A stretch of DNA of 64,000 nt from the human T2T-CHM13v2.0 reference genome, Homo sapiens, in NCBI RefSeq assembly GCF_009914755.1, contig NC_060944.1. One strand, written 5' to 3'. The notes below the pieces were generated by a model. That model made no database searches and was not told the origin of the DNA. It saw nothing but the letters and a program-made list of their open reading frames with translations. Of this stretch, positions 50,114 to 64,000 are shown piece by piece (the stretch's first letter is position 1; every line of letters starts with the position of its first letter). The translations under genes and the position numbers were made by a program.

Positions 50114-50305
50114 TCTTTTTCTTTCTCCCTTCCTTCCTTCTTTCCTTCCTTCCTTCCTCCCCCTTCCCTTCCCTTCCCTCTCCTCCCCTTCCCCTCCCCT
50201 CCCCTCCTGTCCCCTTCCCTTCCCTTGCCTTCCCTCTCCTCCCCTCCCTTCCCCTCCCTTGCCTTCCCTTCTTCCTTCTTTCTTCCTTCTTTCATTTCTT
50301 CCTTC
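50114..50305. repeat. Polypyrimidine low-complexity tract
   Basis: (CCTT)/(CCCTT)/(CCCCT) mosaic abutting an antisense L2 end. Confidence 0.9.
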
Positions 50306-50780
50306 ATCCATTCATATAATTAATATTTATGGAGTAACTAATAACTCCTGGGTGCTATTCTAGGCTCTGAGGATGCAGTGATTTATGAACTAAACAGCTC
50401 TCAACTTCGTGGAGCTTACATTCTAGTGTGGGCACAGGAAGACACAAGAACTAACAAAGCAATCAATCATAATATCAGGTTGTGATAAGTATTATAAAGA
50501 AAAATAGAAACCACTGTTAGGGGATAAAAAGTGATAGAACTGCCATTTGGGATGGAATGGCCAGGTCACTCTTGAAAATGGTGACGTTTCAGCCGAGGCT
50601 TGAATGAAGGAGTCTAGCAAGGGCTGAAGGGAAGAGCAATTCAGGCAAAGGGAACAGCATATACAAGGGACCTGGGGTGTGAACTTGTCGGGCAACAGGG
50701 AGCAGACCAGTGGGGCCAAAGCAGAGTGAAGGAGGAAGCAGAGGGAGGGGATGGGTTTGGTGAGATAGTCAAGGGCTTCT
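50306..50780 (-). mobile_element. L2a 3' end
   Basis: CATCCATTCAT..ATATTTATGGAG..TGCTATTCTAGGCTCTGAGGATGCAGTG..GTGGAGCTTACATTCTAGTG..GAGCAATTCAGGCAAAGGGAACAGC. Confidence 0.85.
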
Positions 50781-51284
50781 CTTGCACCTTTCTTCTCTTC
50801 CCAACTGTTATCATTCTTGTTGCACAACAGAAATTTCTGGCAAAGAGTAAGCCAACAGGTAAGCTCAGAGATAGGCCACTCTGGTTATATTTCAAGTTCT
50901 CTAGCTCCTGCCCCTGGGTTTGCCTCTTTGGATTGCCAGAAATACTGTACAGGCTCAAACTCTTGCTCTCAATTTAAATAGTCTGCAAGATATCTCTGGG
51001 CGTCTTCTTATGGGTAGTGGTGCCCATTTTTCTGGAGTCTATACCTATGTTGTGATCATTTCCCACATCCTGTCATTATTTGACTCTAACTCATTTTGGG
51101 GTTCATTTTAAATTTCATTAGTTAGAGTGCCAGTTTCAAGCAGCAGAAGTTACTCAAGCTCTACTGTAGATGGGTTTATAGTAAGCACCTAGCATAGTCT
51201 GTTTGGAGTACCAGTTCGTAGCCCTAAACCTATGTGTGAACTTTCACATCTGGCCATAAGCAATTATTAATACCAGGCTTTACC

Positions 51285-51887
51285 TGTCAGACCTCGTGGG
51301 GAGAAACTGCCCTCCCCACTGCAGACTTGGGGCACAGCCGACACATTGAGTCTCTGAGGGGAGTTGCAGTCAAGCACTGAGTCCCCCCAGCCAGCCTTGC
51401 TCTTATGCACATCCACATTCCTGGCCCAGGTGCCTCTATTTGGAGGCCTCTTTATCACAGGCTTTCTGCAGAGGCTTATCTTAGACACCTCTGCAGGGGT
51501 CACCTTATCAAGGAGAAGAAGCGGGGAGGCTTGGAGATGTTTTTCTCCACTCTGACTCAGTGCTCAGTACTTTCACACTCATAGCCCTTCCTTCTCCCCA
51601 CCCCCCGCCAGCTCCAGATCCATTTGATGGCGGGAGTCTCTTGTTCAGGGGTCCCTCAGCTGTGAGACAATCCCTTGGCTTCAGTGCTGATCCAGACCCT
51701 CAATGAGGGCTGGTGCGCTGGGGAAAATGGAATGATGGGGAGTCGGCACTTTCTCTGGTTTAGTCTCTTGTGCATACTATTGCAGTAAATGATTAAAGCC
51801 TTCACTGTTCATCTTGGCTTGTTGTCTTAATCAGCTACCCTGACACCTGGCAGCTCAGCTCTCTCGAGCTCCGCTTAGCTCCTGACA
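51285..51887 (+). mobile_element. ERVL-class solo LTR (LTR50/LTR52-like, unresolved)
   Basis: TGTCAG..CTGACA termini; AGTAAA/ATTAAA signal ~51785-51797 followed by TTGGCTTGTTGTCTTAAT..GACACCTGGCAGCTCAGCT; no TSD verified. Confidence 0.55.
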
Positions 51888-52189
51888 GTCTGGTGGAGTG
51901 ATATGAGGACAAGCAGTCACCTGAGCCTCAGAAGAAAGAAGAATCCAGCAGGCCGCCATTTTCTCCTCAGTGCCCTTGGCACAACGTGGCTGCCTCAGAC
52001 CCCCAGCTATGTATGTCACAGTATCGGCCCCATGAAGAGACCACTTGAATAAACACAGACCCTTTGTTCCTAAATGCAAATTCCATAGTGACAAAAAACA
52101 CACCGGGTAAGATGGTCACTTATGTTTCGATCAACCACGGCCAGGGATGGACTGGGGGAGGGCAACTTCATTTGCTGCCTAACAGTCAC

Positions 52190-52780
52190 AATGTTAGTTT
52201 TCAAATGCAAAACAGACTATGTTACCCTCATGATTAAAATTCTCCAGTGTCTTCTCATTGCATTTATTTAAAAAATTCAAATTCTTTTCCATGTCCTGAA
52301 GAACCCTGTCTGAGCCAGTCCTTCAGATCTTTCCTGCTGAACCTCACACCCCTCTCCTCTTCCTTATTCTTTTTCAGCCTTGTTGGCCTTTTTGTCTGTC
52401 CCTTGACCTGAGCCGGTCTTGTTCCCAGCTCACAGGCTTCATGTTGGCTGTTTCTTTTGCATGAAACGTGTTGCCATGTGATCTTGGCATTGTCGGCTTC
52501 TTCTCATAATTCACATGTCAACTCCCATGAATGTCCCAGTCCTGGAGAGGCTATCCCTGACCAGCCAGCCACTCCCTATCACATGATCTTAAAATTTCTT
52601 TTATTTTGGTTTTGCATTTAACATCTCTCATTCTTCCCCAACCCCCACACCCCATGAGAAAATGTCAGTTCCACAAGAGCAGGGATTTGGGGTTGTCTTG
52701 TTCACTATTGTATCCTGCTGCCCAGAACTGTGTCTGGCTTATATCGTGTGATTAATCAATAGAGGTTGAAAGAATAATTG
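52190..52780 (+). mobile_element. L2a 3' fragment
   Basis: CTTCTCATTGCATTTA..TCCACAAGAGCAGGGATTT..GTCTTGTTCACTATTGTATCC..CCCAGAACTGTGTCTGGC. Confidence 0.8.
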
Positions 52781-53511
52781 CTGAAACCCCACTCTTGCCC
52801 ATGAGGGTCAGTGGAGAGCTGAATCACAGAGTAAGAAGTCATTGGTTCTTGGGTGGGAAGTCACGACATCGGTGGAAGGCAGTCATCCACGACATTAGAC
52901 ACTATTAACTGTGTCAGTATTTCTCAAAGAACTGGCAATGAGTGAATTCCAGGAAGATGAATAAATGTTCTTCGAGAAATTGGAGATATAAGATTCATCT
53001 TCACATTGCCCCTACCGGCCTGGGGACATTCACTTGCTGAACAGGAAACATAGGTAGTGTACACATAAAGCTCAAAGCTGTTAAGTATGCCACAATTAGT
53101 TCTTCTGGTTAGTTTATTTCAGTAGAAGCTTCTTTGAAATGTGATTCTTCTCTCCCTCTTATCCTCATAAAAACATCAGTTATGCACATAGAAATGCCAA
53201 TATTTCCATAGCCATCACTTTTTTGGTACCAATTAAGATGATTTGCTAAGTGAGTTTTACAAAATCCATGGCTATGTTGGTTAGTTAGATGGGAGTCAGA
53301 CCAGATAAACTGAAATACCAGGTTTTAATATTCAACTGTAATTTCTTCATGAAAATATAAAAATCATTCCACTGAATCTCCCTCAACAGAAGCTGGATGC
53401 ATTGCTGATTTCTGCCTGCTTTTCATTTAGTATCTGGCAAATGTAAAAACAAAACAAAACACGTAATATGTTGGAGATATATATATATACAATCTGCAAA
53501 TATGCAATATA

Positions 53512-53846
53512 CAGATCCCTAGGTATCTGTGGAAGATTGGTTCCAGGACTTCCCTCAGAAATCAGAATCTGAGGATGTTCAAGCCCTTAATATAAAATGG
53601 TGTAGTATTTGCATATAACCTCTGCACATCCTCCCGTATACCTTAAATCATCCCCACATTACTTATAATACAAATACAATGTAAATGCTGTGTAAATAGT
53701 TGTTATAATGTATTGTGTAGGGAATAATGACAGTTTTTAAAAAGTCGATTCATGTTCAGTACAGACACAATTCTTTTTAGAATATTTTCTATTTGGGGTT
53801 GGTTGGATCCACAGATGCAGATCCCAGGCATGTAGAGGGCTGACTG
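53512..53846. mobile_element. MER2 (Tigger-derived) MITE
   Basis: TA|CAG..GATTGGTTCCAGGAC..AAAATGGTGTAGTATTTGCATATAACCT..GAGGGCTGACTG|TA. Confidence 0.9.
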
Positions 53847-54379
53847 TATATGTGTATATCCATACACACACTAACTCTTCATAATTCTGCATCTTACATT
53901 CCTATCCTCACAGAGAATTTCTCTTCTGTGTATGGAAATTAGTAAGGGTCTCACCTATATTTTACTAGCAATCTCTGGTCATTATTTACTGCCCCATATC
54001 ATAAATGTCTCATGTACCTAAGTGATTTGCGCTTGATGTTCACGAAGCCTCCAACTGCCAACCACTTCAGGGGTGATGGCATCCCCATTTGCTAAGCAGC
54101 TTTCACACTCATTGGCCTCTAAAACTGAGCTGTTACCTAAATCATTGCCCTGCTATTGAGGTGGGTGGTTTTACGATGAAGGTGATAGAACAGAAGCCTT
54201 AGCGGATGAATGTTCCCCCATCTTTCCTTTGCAAGGGAAATGCATGCTCTTAGGCCGTTGTTCTTGTTCTTTTGGAGGAATTACAAATTTAACAGTGAAA
54301 AACAAATGAAGTACAGCCTGGTGATAATATCTTGTGTTAGTATAATGCTTTTTGACTCACATGAGTTTCCTATGTATAA

Positions 54380-54570
54380 ACTTACTTGATCCTCATAAGA
54401 ACCCTGCAATGCAGGCAGAACAACAATCATAATTGCCCTTTTACACGTCGGTAAGAGAGACTCAGAAGAGCCAAGTGATTTGCTTAAGGTCACACAGCTA
54501 TTAAGTTGCAAAGCCAGAAAGAGAAACTCAACCTTTTATGAGCTCCTCATCCAACAAGTTTTTCACTAGA
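54380..54570 (-). mobile_element. MIR SINE
   Basis: GATCCTCATAAGAACCCTG..AAGTGATTTGCTTAAGGTCACACAGCTA. Confidence 0.75.
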
Positions 54571-56577
54571 CCCTTCATGATACTTTTTGTTTGAGCAAAA
54601 GGCACATTATTTTCCCATCATTACCCTAATTGCAAATTTGCTAGCGTAGGAACACATTCTTTCTGAAACCTGAAGTGCCTTTTCATAACAGTGTGCAGCG
54701 TTTTAGTTTCTAGGGGATAGCTGGCCCTACCTGCTTCATTTAGGGCTCAGAAGGCTGGGTTGGGAGAGGAGATGTAGTCTGCTCATTATCCTTCCCTTTG
54801 TAAGGATGTCAGCAGCAACATTAAGTTGCAAATGGAAAACACAACCTTGGCTTGCATCTCGTCCTCATTTTCCGCAGAGTTGTGTATAACCCAGCTGACT
54901 GCATTACCCAACCACGCCCCCTCCTGTACATTACCCATCAGCAAGTGCACTGCCTCTCTTCAGCTGGGCTTTGTCTCCGACGGCAATGCATTGCCTTCTC
55001 TTTCACAAGAGGCCACTGGGTGTGAAGGGATGTCAGTGTGCAGCTACCTCCAGAACACTACAGGTGCTCTTGGCTTTCCCTCTTTGCAGATTTCTCATGC
55101 ATTTCTTCCCTGCAAAAAGACAAATATCCAACTTGGAAATGGAACTCAATGTGAAGTTAGGGCAATATGAGAAGGAGGAGCAAGAACCAGGAACCAATAG
55201 GAGCAGAATTCTTTGAGGGCCAAGGTAGCGACCCAGTACAATTTTAAACACTTAAAAAAATCCATGTCAACTATATATCAGAAATGAATTTTTAAAACCT
55301 TACACTGCCCAGGGCTGCCAATAGCAAAGAGTCCCTCAGGGCCAAAGCAGTTTAGCCTACAGTGCTCCCTAAGCTAAGAAAATCAAGTGTCTAAATGCAT
55401 ATCTTCACTCCCCTAAAAATGGAAGGATACGTAAGCCAACTTCTATTTTTGGTCATCCCTCCGAAGTCAGTCAAATATGAGTTCCAGTTTTAATGTAACA
55501 TTTCTTCCAATAAAAAAGGTACTTCTGCTGTTATCAGATGTATATGAATATAGAAATATTAATAATTTCAAGAATTACTTGTTGGAGGCCTATCTGTTCC
55601 AAAATATATTTTGGAATCTAAGATCCTAGTATTTTGGGAGATAATTCATTAAAATTACTTTTAAAAGTGAAGTGAGCCATGCTATGAAAATAGAAGATGC
55701 AAGATCATTGGTGTTGACTTCTTCCCTTGATAAGTGTTTTGTTAAGTGACTGCTTCTTGGCTACTTTCATTATGATGGAGGGATTGCAAGGTCCCCCAAT
55801 TTCACTAAGGCTCTTCCATGTATGAAAACTGGTGAAAATGAGTTGATTTATTGTGGTGATACTAATAGCTTGTGTCAGACAAGAGTTCAGATGTGAGTGG
55901 CTGAGATCGGGTAAGGGATGTGAGGAAGGGTAGACTACCAATCTCTCTCTTCAAGAGGAAAGGGGAAAACATAGGTTTTCTTCCATCCTTAAACACAGTC
56001 CAGACTCCTGGCTCATGGTCCTCTGTGGTTTAACTATACCTTGACCTTCCTGCCTTATATCCCCACCTCCCCCCCATCAATTCCTGATCAATCTTTTGCC
56101 ATATCCTTTGCAGACCTTCCTGTCTGATACAATTAATGATTAATTAATTGACATCAAAAGTTTGTGAACATTACCTTAGTCAGCTGTCTTGTGTGCCCAC
56201 CTGCATAGGAGGTACATGTCTAGTGACTGGAACGCTGTGTTTGCCCCATCATCATCCATTCAGGAAGGAGGACATTCCTGGTTGAATCCACGCTGCCCCA
56301 TCAGCAAGTCGAGGGTGTAGCATGTGATCATAATCAACTATTTTGTAAATTTTGAAGCTGCTGCCATATCCATTCTATTGTGAATTGCTCAATTTCTCAG
56401 TACCTACCTGTTGTTAATCATAAAGGTTTGTCAAAATCAGAAAAATGATCTTATCAGGAAAAGGAAGGAAATGACTGCTTTAATTCAGTGAATGACTAGT
56501 GGTAGAAATTTTGAACAAAGTCCACATTATTTTTACATGGTGCATGAATGTTAAGTTATGTATAGTTGCAAAATCTG

Positions 56578-56741
56578 CCTTTTTTTCTTCCTTCCCCCCT
56601 CCCTTCCTTTCTTCCTCCCTCTTTTCCTTTCTTCCTCCTTCCCTCCCTCCCTTCCTTTCTTCCTGCCTCACTTCTTTCCTTCTTTGCTTTCTTTCCTTCT
56701 GTACTTTTCCCTTCTTTTCTTCCTTTCTTCATTTTTTTTCC
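56578..56741. repeat. Polypyrimidine low-complexity tract
   Basis: CT-rich, (CCTT)/(CCCT) units. Confidence 0.9.
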
Positions 56742-58639
56742 AAATTATTTGTAAATCTCCAGCAAGGTATTCTTACTAACAAGAAAAAAAGAGTACTGGA
56801 CTTAACAAGTCAGAAGGCTTAGGGTTTGCAACTCAAGGCCCATGCTCATGAATGACGTTGGACAAATCATTTAAATTCTCTGTATATCCTTGAGGATCAT
56901 CCCCATCTTACAGATATGGAACTAATGCTCAAAGAGGGTCCTGTAGCCAAATGTGGCATACCTGGCAAGTGTGGAGCTAGACACAGGACTTCTGGCACCA
57001 AACTCCATCTCTTAATCCCCATTCTCTAATGAGAGTAAAGTTAGGGTAATGAACACTAAAGACCTGGACTCTTAATAAATAGCACTTAATCCATGTTAAA
57101 CCAGATACCTTCCCCACCTGCACATTTCCAGGTGTGTTTCCACATCATTGCTCTTGTGGGTGTTGTCTGAGAATTTTTATTTCTCCATTTAAAGCCCTCT
57201 GGATCAGGTGTTTGTCTGCATCCCAAATGCACTGTCTTCAGGAACGGTGCATAGAGCAAGGCAGATGGAGCCTGTGGCACTGGAGCCACCCCTGTTTCAA
57301 CTGTGACATTCCCACTTTCCTCTCTTTTACCTAGTGGGTTTCTACACAAAATTTAACTTGAAGAAAGCCAGCTTCTACTTATACAACCCCCTACACACAC
57401 AAACTTATTTGAAACTCATAATCTTTGGCCAACCTTTCTATGTTACTTAATAAAAATCTGAAACCTGAGAGGTAACTAGAGAAAGAGAGTAAGATTTGGA
57501 AACTAGAAGGAACATGCCGATAATGTAGCCAGGGAACCTGAACCAGGATCAGACACTGATGCCATTTAGGAGTGGGCAGGCTAAATAACTTGTCCTTCAT
57601 GTCTGGACTGAGATTCCAAATGGCAGGATCTTGGTGATCAATAACAGGTGTTGTGATGCCAGGCACAGGTGAAAATTTTGCTACTTGAGAAGGGTCTTTC
57701 CTCTTTGTTTACTGGATATATCAGTGTCTCTCACCTTTTTAAAAAAGTTTCTTAATTCTTTCGGTTCCTGAAAAAGTGATTGCATTCTTGAGAAGAATAA
57801 AAAACTCAAGACCATGCTAAAATAGACAGTTAATAATTACCTCTTGATTATCACTCCAGTACACCATGCCTCTCTCTGTTACTGTTATTCAATTTCCCTT
57901 GCCACCTTGGCACTGTGTCACTCATGGGTAGAACTGTTTGCTGCTCTGAGTTCTCTTATAAACTCATGAGACAAAGTTTTCGAATTTTCAGTAGACCCTC
58001 TTCTTTTCACAAGCTTAACTCTATTCTAAGCCTCTAACTTATCACATTATTTTTAAACAAGTCAGATTTTCACCTCTCACATAACAAAAAGTCTGGAGGT
58101 AAGTGGCTAATGAACCATGGCTCATGGACTCAAGGATATCTGGCATGGAAGTTAGAGTCTCTGAGATGGCCTTCCTCTTCCCAGGTTTGAGTATAAGATG
58201 TTAGCCACAGCTCCAGGCCGCACACCCTCAATCAAGGCAGGCAGAACGGGGAAGGGGCCTCTCTTACTTATTATCACTGTAAGTTGTACTCTGCTGCACA
58301 CTACAGTGGACATCCTTTATACTCCCTTGTTGCAGCTGACAGATACATATACCTAAGTGTATGTGTCCCTTGGTGTAGCAACAGTAAATTTTACACATCA
58401 GTCAACATTAAGCAATCCATTCATGCCCCAGAACATCACTGCTTATATCACAGTGGTATTTCTTATTGTCCTGAAAGTGGAGTGATATATGTGACTCACT
58501 CCAAAAACAAAACAAACAAACGAGAAACAAAGGAAGGCCAGGCAAGTTTGGGGATGCAGTTTAGGTTCGAAAGCCTTTGCATGAGCTGGTTCTTGTTGAC
58601 TCCTCTGATTCAATTCTTATCTTTCCTGTAGTTTAACGC

Positions 58640-59020
58640 CATTTTTTCACACCAGACTGCTTCCTGCCCAAGCTTGTTCTTGTCACACAGTCTTTATACC
58701 TGCCATCCCCATCGCTTGAAATGTGCTTCCATGACTGTAACATGACTGGCACTCCAGCATACATTCTCAGCTCAGGTGTCACTTCCTCTGGGACACTCTC
58801 TGTGACTATACCATCCCTAACTTGCACTCAATCACAGCACCTTGGTTCATTTCTTCATTTCACCATGTGAAATTTTCTTGTTTTTTTATTTCTTCTTTCT
58901 GTCATTCCTACTAGAATCTAAGTTAGATGACTGCTGGAACTGTGTCTGACCTATTATTATTCACCTCAAGCACTTACATGAGCACCTAAACATGGGTTGA
59001 ATGCATGAGAAAATGAACCA
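58640..59020 (+). mobile_element. L2 3' fragment
   Basis: TCTCAGCTCAGGTGTCACTTCCTCTGGGA..CTACTAGAATCTAAG..GGAACTGTGTCTG. Confidence 0.7.
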
Positions 59021-60101
59021 ATAATTGTCATCAAGGAGATGCCCAAGGTTTTAGATGATTTCAGGAAAGGTGGAGACTTCTTGAAGAGCAGCATTTATTT
59101 ATGAAAACACATATAACACCCACTGGCCATAACAATGTGACAAAGGTCTTAGGTTAACTCACTGCTCTGCCTGTGCTGGTCAGGACAGGCTTAATACAAT
59201 GTCCTTTGCAGAGGTGGGTGGAGCAAGCCTATTATTTCAGGGTCCTTGATGCAGCCATTTGAGCTGTTCTTGGCAGCTAGTTTATGTATTCATGATTTAA
59301 GATAGAATGACAAAGCCATTTATATATAAAGAAAAAAAAATCCTCCAATACTTTTCAGTGTATTGTCTTCCAAGAGAACCCTTAGTTCTCACTACCTGCC
59401 AAACAAGAGCTAGCGCCAAAGAGATGTAGAAATCAAAGACTCAAAAGGAGTCATAGAAGAAAGGATTAGAATGGAGCAGCATTTCCTGATTGCAGCACTG
59501 CAGGCACAAGCTTTTCTCTACTTTGTTCTTTTTGGTGAAGACAACGCAAGGACCAAACAAAGATGCTGTGATTCATTGAAAACTCAAATAAAATGGCAAG
59601 TCATTTCATCCAGAGTAGATTTTCTGACAGTGATGTCTTTCTAATCACGAAACTTTTAAGCATTTTCAACAAGCCAAATGAGCTCTTCACAGTTTTGTTA
59701 CCTGAGCAATTGTCCATTTATGAGTCCCTTTCCATGAAGAACATGTACTCTGTATCCCTGCCAATGTGCCAGAAGCAAAAGGCAACATGCCTCCGGTGTG
59801 GCAGCAAAAGCCAAGAGTACCGGCCATCTTGGCAAACAAAGAGCTATTGTCTATATCTACGAACTTATTAGCATTTGGTGCCTTCATTGAGCCACAGGTG
59901 AGTGGCCATGCAAGCGTCCATACGTAACAAACAAAAAGAACAAAACAACACCATGTACCTTGATTTCTTCTTCCACACCCGTTTATGCAATCAATCAACT
60001 TTCACCCAAGAGCACTTTACGACAAAACAATGTCCTCAACAAAAGCAACAATAGTATGTAATAAAAATTCAGCTAGGACTATAAGGTGTTAGCTTACATT
60101 A

Positions 60102-60654
<553 letters not shown>

Positions 60655-63030
60655 TTATAAGACAGCTCTTAATGGAACTGGGCAATGAATTTGTTGCTAT
60701 GATTGGGGGCCATAAGCAAAAGTGAGAACTGTCACATGAGAAGAGGTTTTGTCACAAATCCTCAAATGCTTGAGGTTACGCATATTTGAACTTTAACAGC
60801 TTAAAAAATACATATGTCTGAGAATGTAATTTTTAACTGATTTCAAAGATCTGCACATGAGATTTTATAGCCTGAGGTAGGGGAAGGAGAAATTGTAACT
60901 TTGCCAATTGTAAATGATTTTGGTAATTTTATGATGTGATTTTTATGCTGGTCATTTGCATGCTATTGTTTGCTTAAAAGAAAAAAATAACAAAATTCAA
61001 CCTCCCAATAAGTGCTAATGGAAAAAATTGGTGAAAGAGGAGGAAAAAGGGTGTATAGACCATTTTGGCTTCTTAGCCACCTGTTCTCAATTCCCATTTT
61101 TCTTCTCAATAAAAACTTCAGTCAGGTTGTATTTTGATGCCTGTCACTCCACATTCATCAGGTGACAAGACTGTTCTAAACTAATACATTTAGCTCTGGA
61201 TGTGTGGCCTGAGGAAGGCTCCAGAATCTTCCCATTTATGCTGAAATTGGGGCTCAGAACCTCACCTAATATTGCCCTGTTTCTGTATGTACCAGTCTCC
61301 TTGCATTATTTCATCTGGCAAAGTCAATATAAAAATTAATAATAGCTTTCCAATCTACAAATAAAAGTATGCCACTTTAAATTTTTGGCAGTGAGCTGGC
61401 ATTTTGTCATTTAATCATTTCACATCATTACACTGCAATATGGAATGTAATGACATGACACTCGTAAATGACAAACACTTGGTCTCCCTTGTACAGGAAG
61501 AAATAATGTAATAGGAAGCAAATTATATCCTTAAAGGTTGCCAGAGTTTCACTCCCACAATTTGGGATTAAGATACTGAGCAGATGCAAGGTGAAGAAAA
61601 GGAGAATCTCTCCTACAGATGTCCTGGGTAAGACACAACATGATAAGTGAATGATCCCCTTCCAGAAATGGTCAGAACATTCCTAACACTGTAAACGTCC
61701 TTTCCTACCAGGGACTCATGCAGAAAGCTGTGCACAAGATTCTTTCTCATATTAAAGGCCTACATGAGATGGGGTGAAGGGGAAAACTGTGGTTGACAAT
61801 CAGCATTTTTTGTTTGTTTTATAATTCTGTTATTATTTGCTAAAAGTGGTCAGCCCCTGCTTAATACTTGCTCAAATTTTACTCTACTAAAGGGAGTTTT
61901 GCAAAATGGCCTCCCTAGCCAATTCTTCATATCCTTGCCAAGCTCCTCCCTCACAGAACTGGAAACCAGATCTCCTCCTTCTGTAATACCTTAAATTCAC
62001 CATGTTCACTATAAAGCTCACAATTTTCTAGCACAAGCTAGTGTTTACTTTCTGGACACACACCACCCCAGCCATCCCATTGCATAATCAAAAAAACTAA
62101 GAGTATCCTGAATCATCTATTTCTCTGAACAACCTCATCTCCAATCTTTCCAGGAATATAGAAAGCATAATGAAGACTAGTCCAGCAAGGACTTCAACCC
62201 ATCAGAAGGGGCCCCAGGTGTAAATAACTAGTCTTTGCCAACTGGAGACTTTGGTCAAATCCCGCACCACCTCCTGTTGGTTTACCTTCCAAATGACACT
62301 CATTCTTCTACCTCTCTCTTTTATTGGACTCTCTGAGTCTAAGCAATCCTCCTGTCTCACCTGAAGAACCAGTAAAACTTACTCTTTTCCATTATATGTC
62401 ATCCAACACCCCTCCACCCCCATGATCATCCTCCATACTGCAATTACAGAGCTCTGAAAGATTCACATATGATCTTTACTGCAACCGCTTGAAGCCCTTC
62501 AACGCACATCCATTGATGGGGCAAAGAACAGCTTGCTTCGTGGTACCTGCATACAGCAAGTCAGCTTTAGCAACTTGGCCTTCTGTGCACAACCTCACCC
62601 CATGTTTCCTGTGTTCCAGAGCCACTGCCTTTACTAATTTTTTCATTTCTCTTACTCGTTTTATCCCCTCTCTCCTATAGGCTTTTGTACCTGCTGACCC
62701 GTTTGTCTGAAATACTCCCTCCACAGTTCTCCTTTGACTTGAATTCATCTTTCAAGGCTTGTGTCATCCTAAGAAGGAAATGGGATGGGTCATGTTTCTT
62801 GATTGCCACTCTCTTAGGACCTTGGAAGCATATAATCTGTTTGTAGATTCAGGATCATTGGTGTAAAATCTTCCCATTAGATTGTACCTTCTCTGACAGG
62901 GACCAAATGTTTTTGCTCATTATTATTTTTCCAACTTTAGCAGACAACCCAGCACATAGCTGTCACTCATTCAGTCAGCCGACGTATATGAACTATTTGT
63001 CAAAGGAATAAATCAGTAGAGGATCCAGTG

Positions 63031-63033
63031 GTT

Positions 63034-63069
<36 letters not shown>

Positions 63070-63369
63070 TGTATTTTTTGAGATGGAGTCTCACTCTGTC
63101 GCCCAGGCTGGAGGGCAGTGGCATGATCTCAGCTCACTGCAAGCTCCGCCTCCCGGGTTCACGCCATTCTCCTGCCTCAGCCCCCTGAGCAGCTGGGACT
63201 ACAGGTGCCCGCCACTGCACCCGGCTAATTTTTTTTATTTTTTTATTTTTAGTAGAGACGGGGTTTCACCATGTTAGCCAGGATGGTCTCGATCTCCTGA
63301 CCTCGTTATCTGCCCTCCTCGGCCTCCCAAAGTGCTGGGATTACAGGCGCGAGCCACTGTGCCCGGCCC
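63031..63369 (-). mobile_element. AluY with (TTG)n-derived tail
   Basis: Y diagnostics GCAAGCTCCGCCTCCCGGGTTCACGCCATTCTCC, TTAGCCAGGATGGTCTCGATC; TSD GAGGATCCAGTG 63019-63030 and 63370-63381. Confidence 0.95.
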
Positions 63370-63766
63370 GAGGATCCAGTGTTTTACCCACATCATTTGG
63401 GCCCCACTCTTGCTATTGTGCTTTCTAGTCTTATTTCTCTAAAGAGAAAATATGGTTTGCAGAAAAATTCTAAAGTGATAATGGATTCCTCTATCATGCA
63501 GGGACATTGAGGTCATGATACTTCCTTCGTAATTTTGTTCAAGAACGTTTCTGGCCATCTTAACCCCATGCTTTGTTATTAAAAACTTCACACCAGGGAA
63601 AAGTGGACTTTAAGAATGCACAGGTACTGTTGGCTCTTCGTGTGTGATGGGGAGGGATACGTAATCAGTATTTCTGAACCCCCAAAATATAAGGCAATTC
63701 TTAAAGTTGCCTTGTGAAAATCCTTCACTATGTACTTACTACATGCATCAGGGTGAGAAGCCAGGG

Positions 63767-63986
63767 CACTGGTCATTAACGGGGGTGATTTTGCTCCTTC
63801 ACCCCCAGGGAATATTTGGCAGTGTCTGAAGACATTTGTGGTTGTCATAACTGTGTGGAGGTTGCTGCTGGAATCCAGAGCCTGGAGGCCAGGCATGCTG
63901 TTAACTATCTTGCAATGCTCAGGATGGCCCCATCACAAAGAATGATTTAGCCCAAAATGTAACATTGCTGAGGGTGAGAAACACTG
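63767..63986. mobile_element. MER20 MITE
   Basis: GGGGGTGATTTTGC..TTTGGCAGTGTCTGAAGACATTTGTGGTTGTCA..GAGGCCAGGCATGCTG..GCTGAGGGTGAGAAACACTG. Confidence 0.9.
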
Positions 63987-64000
63987 GTTTAGGGCATTCA

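Overview
This window is primate genomic DNA, very probably human. It contains AluJ/S/Y, FLAM, L1PA/L1M, L2, MIR, MaLR/ERVL solo LTRs and MER DNA-transposon relics. I see no recognisable protein-coding gene, RNA gene, CpG-island promoter or CRISPR array, and the long ORFs in the track come from Alu, L2 or microsatellite sequence. The window looks like a gene desert or large intron, with old repeats interleaved with several repeat-free islands rich in developmental transcription-factor motifs (candidate enhancers). There are also a few plus-strand splice-site pairs that could be lncRNA or cassette exons. I found no convincing new biological system. The most unusual directly visible structures are: (1) a 37-nt 'ghost' Alu with perfect 18-bp target-site duplications (TSDs); (2) a ~210-bp local duplication in which one copy carries an Alu and the other keeps the empty site; (3) an old L1 whose 5' end appears fused directly to its 3' end; (4) a 47-bp near-perfect AT-rich inverted repeat; (5) further Alus with internal deletions. 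Subfamily names come from recalled consensus sequences, not a database search, and boundaries of old repeats are approximate.
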